NCBI GenBank assembly: GCA_913047795.1
Contig: CAJWTS010000013.1
Coordinates: forward strand, 4,060-68,059
Length of the DNA stretch: 64,000 nucleotides
DNA from: an uncultured Verrucomicrobiota bacterium
GTDB lineage: Bacteria > Verrucomicrobiota > Kiritimatiellia > CAJWTS01
Direction: 5' to 3'
Below, one piece after another: positions 61,258-64,000 of the stretch. Made by a program: the position numbers and the translations under genes. Below the pieces are notes generated by a model that saw nothing but the letters and a program-made list of their open reading frames with translations, was not told where the DNA came from and made no database searches. The first letter of the stretch is position 1. The number at the start of each line of letters is the position of its first letter.

Positions 61258-64000
61258 ATGTCCCAACAGCGATTTGATCGCCTCTGTGCTGGCGCACTCG
61301 GTATCATCGCATTTCTGCTCTACATCGCAACCATGTGTCACGGCGTCTTTCCCGGCGGATCGGCAGAACTAGTCGCCAGCTTCACTGGACTTTATCCCCG
61401 CTTCTCGCCGGTGCACTCCTTATGGGGTCTGGTCGCGCGCGCCGGCGCGGCCGTTCCGATAGGGGACCTCGCAACCCGTATCAACTTCATCAGCGCGACC
61501 TTCGGTGCGCTTGACGTCGCCCTCGTGTATATTTTTGTACACCATGTCATCGACGGGATGATCGATAGAACCGCGCGCAATGCGCGGCACGCGCTCTTTG
61601 CGTCACGTCTGGCCGGAATTACAGCGGCGCTGTTTCTCACCTTCAGCACACCGTTTTGGTTCGGGGCGACGCGGGCACATACCTATACATTCGACATTTT
61701 TCTAGGACTCGTTGTCGGTCTTCTTTTTCTGCGTTATGCCTCTGACGGACGTCTGCTCACGGCCTGTATCCTGGCGCTCACGTACGGACTCGCGCTCGTC
61801 GAATACGCTTCGCTCGTATTTTTTGCGCCGCTATATCTCTTCGGCGTTCTGTTTGTCCTCTGGCGGACGGGCAATTTCGCGGCCAAGCCGATTTTGTTGA
61901 TAGCTGCCAGCCTGCTCACCGGATACGCTACTCAACTGCTTGTTGCGTGGGGTTTCTATGGTAGCCCGGGATTCGAAGCTCGTGGCCTGCACACCTATTG
62001 GGAGGCTCTACTCGTATCGGCCAGGGATCAGGGCGGTGCTCTTGCCGCGAGTTTGCCGACGACAGGATGGCTACTCGTTTTGTTAACGACAGGTGTGCCC
62101 TGGCTGTGCAGCCTCTGTATCGCGAAACGCGGCCTGAATCAGGAACGCGAATGGACGTATTACGTGTTGCATGCCGTGATGACGGCCATCTCCATCGTGG
62201 TCTTGCTGGATATTTATCCCGCGCCGTGGCCGCTCTTTCGCCACGGGCTGATCATCGTGCTGCCCTACGTTCTTACGGCGATGGTTTTTGGTTATCTCAC
62301 CGCGTACTGGTACCTTCTCGCGACCGAGAAGCCGGACGGAACGGTGCTTGAATCCGATCGCGCTGGATGGCGAACCGTCGCTCTCATCATCCCGCTACTC
62401 TGCCTCCTGGTCGCGACCGCAATCAAAAGTTTTCCCGAGGTAGACACCCGCCCGGCGCGTGCGATCAATCGGTACGTAAGCCGTCTGGTCAAAGATGTCG
62501 GCGATCGCGCCCTCCTGGTCACCGACGGCGTCCTCGACCATCCCATTCGGATAACAGCCGCCCATCGTCAGAAATCACTAGCGGTTTTGAATCTTTATGG
62601 CGATGGCGTCGAGACTCACAGCCGATACCTTCCCGCCATTTTCGACGAGACGCGCTTCAAGAACCTGGCTCAAATCGGCGTGCTTCCATTGCTGCGTGGG
62701 TGGCTGCGGGACATCCCAAGCGCCAATACCCAACTCGCGATGCTCACCAAGCCAGACCTCCTGCTGGCGGCAGGTCTACACGTCGTTCCGGAGGGTCTCG
62801 TGTTTCACGGCGTTACCCCCGAGGCGGCCTCCGACCACGGGTCAATCTTGAACCGGCAGAAGAAGAACTGGGCGGCGCTACGCGTGCAACTAAAATCCGC
62901 CGAAAAGAACGCGACCATTGGTGCATACGCGACACATGTGTTGCGACACATGAGCCTTGTGGCGAACAATCTCGGCGTCGTGCTCCAGGACCATCACGAC
63001 CCGGCCGGCGCATACGCAGCATATTCGCATGCGCGTGAGTTGCATCCCGGCAACCTGAGCGCGCTCCTGAATCTCGGCAGCCTGGTTTCCTCGGGCTTCA
63101 AGGCGCCCGATGCGGACCGAATCAAACTCGCCATCGCCGCACTTCGGAACCAAGGCAAAACCCTCAAGCTGGACGCGTGGACGCTCGCCGGGACATACGG
63201 ATACCTACGATCGCCACAAGCGTACGCAACAATGGGAATGGTCTGGGCCCTATCCGGTAACCCGGCGATGGGTGACTGGGGCATCCAGCGTGCCCTTGAG
63301 CTCAGCCCGATGGATCCTACTGGCGAGACCAAGCAGTTACTCGCCGCACACTATATGGCGAATCACCGTTATACCAAGAGCGCTGCGGCTTATGACGAAA
63401 TCCTCGCGGCGGACCCCGGTAACGTTGCCGCAATTATGGGCCTAAGCAGAATTGCGACGCGGAACCGTGATTTCCAGGAAGCGCGCCGATTGATCCTTGA
63501 GGCTGTCGCGGCCGGACTCTCCCTGACGACCGCCACCTACTATGAATGCCTGGTGCTGGTCGCAAGCGGAGATATGGATACAGCGCACTTGCGGCTGCAG
63601 GAACTGGTTGATGCAGAGCCTGACAACGAGTCGATCCTGGTGCTGCTCGCAGATATCTCCATGAAGCGAAATGATGACGAAGGGCTGAAATCGATAACCG
63701 AACGACTCGAGCAGTTGTCCAAGAAAGGATATCCCGGATACCTGGCGCTCGGGCAGATCAACCTCTACCATCGTGACTATCGCAAGGCCGTCGACTTCTA
63801 CCAGGCCGCCTACCGGATCAACCCAAGAGCCATCGAAGTACTGGACATGCTCGCACGCGTCAGCTTCCTGATGCGTCGAACAGATCTCGTGAAGAAGTAC
63901 TCCCTCGAACTATTGCGACTTGACGAAAACAATGCCACCGGGAATTTCATGATGGGACTCATGCGTACCGCTGAACACAAATTTGTTCTAGCCGAAGACT
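61258..64000 (+). CDS. 3'-partial DUF2723/TMEM260-like membrane protein with TPR repeats (absent from ORF track)
   Basis: Frame open from ATG 61243/61258 to the window end: LLYIATMCHGVFPGGSAEL, many TM helices, then TPRs (ANNLGVVLQ...HPGNLSALLN). Confidence 0.8.
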   Translation, partial: MSQQRFDRLCAGALGIIAFLLYIATMCHGVFPGGSAELVASFTGLYPRFSPVHSLWGLVARAGAAVPIGDLATRINFISATFGALDVALVYIFVHHVIDGMIDRTARNARHALFASRLAGITAALFLTFSTPFWFGATRAHTYTFDIFLGLVVGLLFLRYASDGRLLTACILALTYGLALVEYASLVFFAPLYLFGVLFVLWRTGNFAAKPILLIAASLLTGYATQLLVAWGFYGSPGFEARGLHTYWEALLVSARDQGGALAASLPTTGWLLVLLTTGVPWLCSLCIAKRGLNQEREWTYYVLHAVMTAISIVVLLDIYPAPWPLFRHGLIIVLPYVLTAMVFGYLTAYWYLLATEKPDGTVLESDRAGWRTVALIIPLLCLLVATAIKSFPEVDTRPARAINRYVSRLVKDVGDRALLVTDGVLDHPIRITAAHRQKSLAVLNLYGDGVETHSRYLPAIFDETRFKNLAQIGVLPLLRGWLRDIPSANTQLAMLTKPDLLLAAGLHVVPEGLVFHGVTPEAASDHGSILNRQKKNWAALRVQLKSAEKNATIGAYATHVLRHMSLVANNLGVVLQDHHDPAGAYAAYSHARELHPGNLSALLNLGSLVSSGFKAPDADRIKLAIAALRNQGKTLKLDAWTLAGTYGYLRSPQAYATMGMVWALSGNPAMGDWGIQRALELSPMDPTGETKQLLAAHYMANHRYTKSAAAYDEILAADPGNVAAIMGLSRIATRNRDFQEARRLILEAVAAGLSLTTATYYECLVLVASGDMDTAHLRLQELVDAEPDNESILVLLADISMKRNDDEGLKSITERLEQLSKKGYPGYLALGQINLYHRDYRKAVDFYQAAYRINPRAIEVLDMLARVSFLMRRTDLVKKYSLELLRLDENNATGNFMMGLMRTAEHKFVLAED

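Noticed and set aside
61712-63771. Numerous short ORFs in the last 2.7 kb
   Set aside because: All lie within the long stop-less DUF2723-TPR frame.

Overview
GC-rich bacterial chromosomal window. The gene families (PEP-CTERM protein, prenyltransferase-repeat/DUF4175-like operon end, DUF2723-TPR protein, VYSxNxVG secreted protein, bacterial topoisomerase VI B) point to the PVC superphylum, most likely Kiritimatiellia/Lentisphaeria-like (inference). It is mostly housekeeping and metabolic genes: hemE, thiC, bioB, ugd/uxs, fusA, prmA, sppA, dsbD, gloA, obgE-rpmA-rplU, hppA, trpEGD, top6B, leuS. Between them lie uncharacterised secreted and repeat proteins and several truncated gene stubs. I found no tRNA, rRNA, CRISPR array, transposase or integrase. 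The most striking unexplained signal is a ~240-nt, ORF-poor, highly base-paired element at 28451-28689. It has two structured modules, the second closed by a 7-bp acceptor-like stem ending in ACCA, and it is followed by its own intrinsic terminator. It matches no RNA family I can recognise by eye. Other leads are a bacterial homolog of the vertebrate tRNA-queuosine mannosyltransferase, a top6B with no adjacent top6A, a cluster of acidic/Ca-binding secreted proteins with a sigma-54 promoter, and a surface-protein locus containing two apparent pseudoenzymes. All annotations come from motif recognition only; no searches or folding programs were run.
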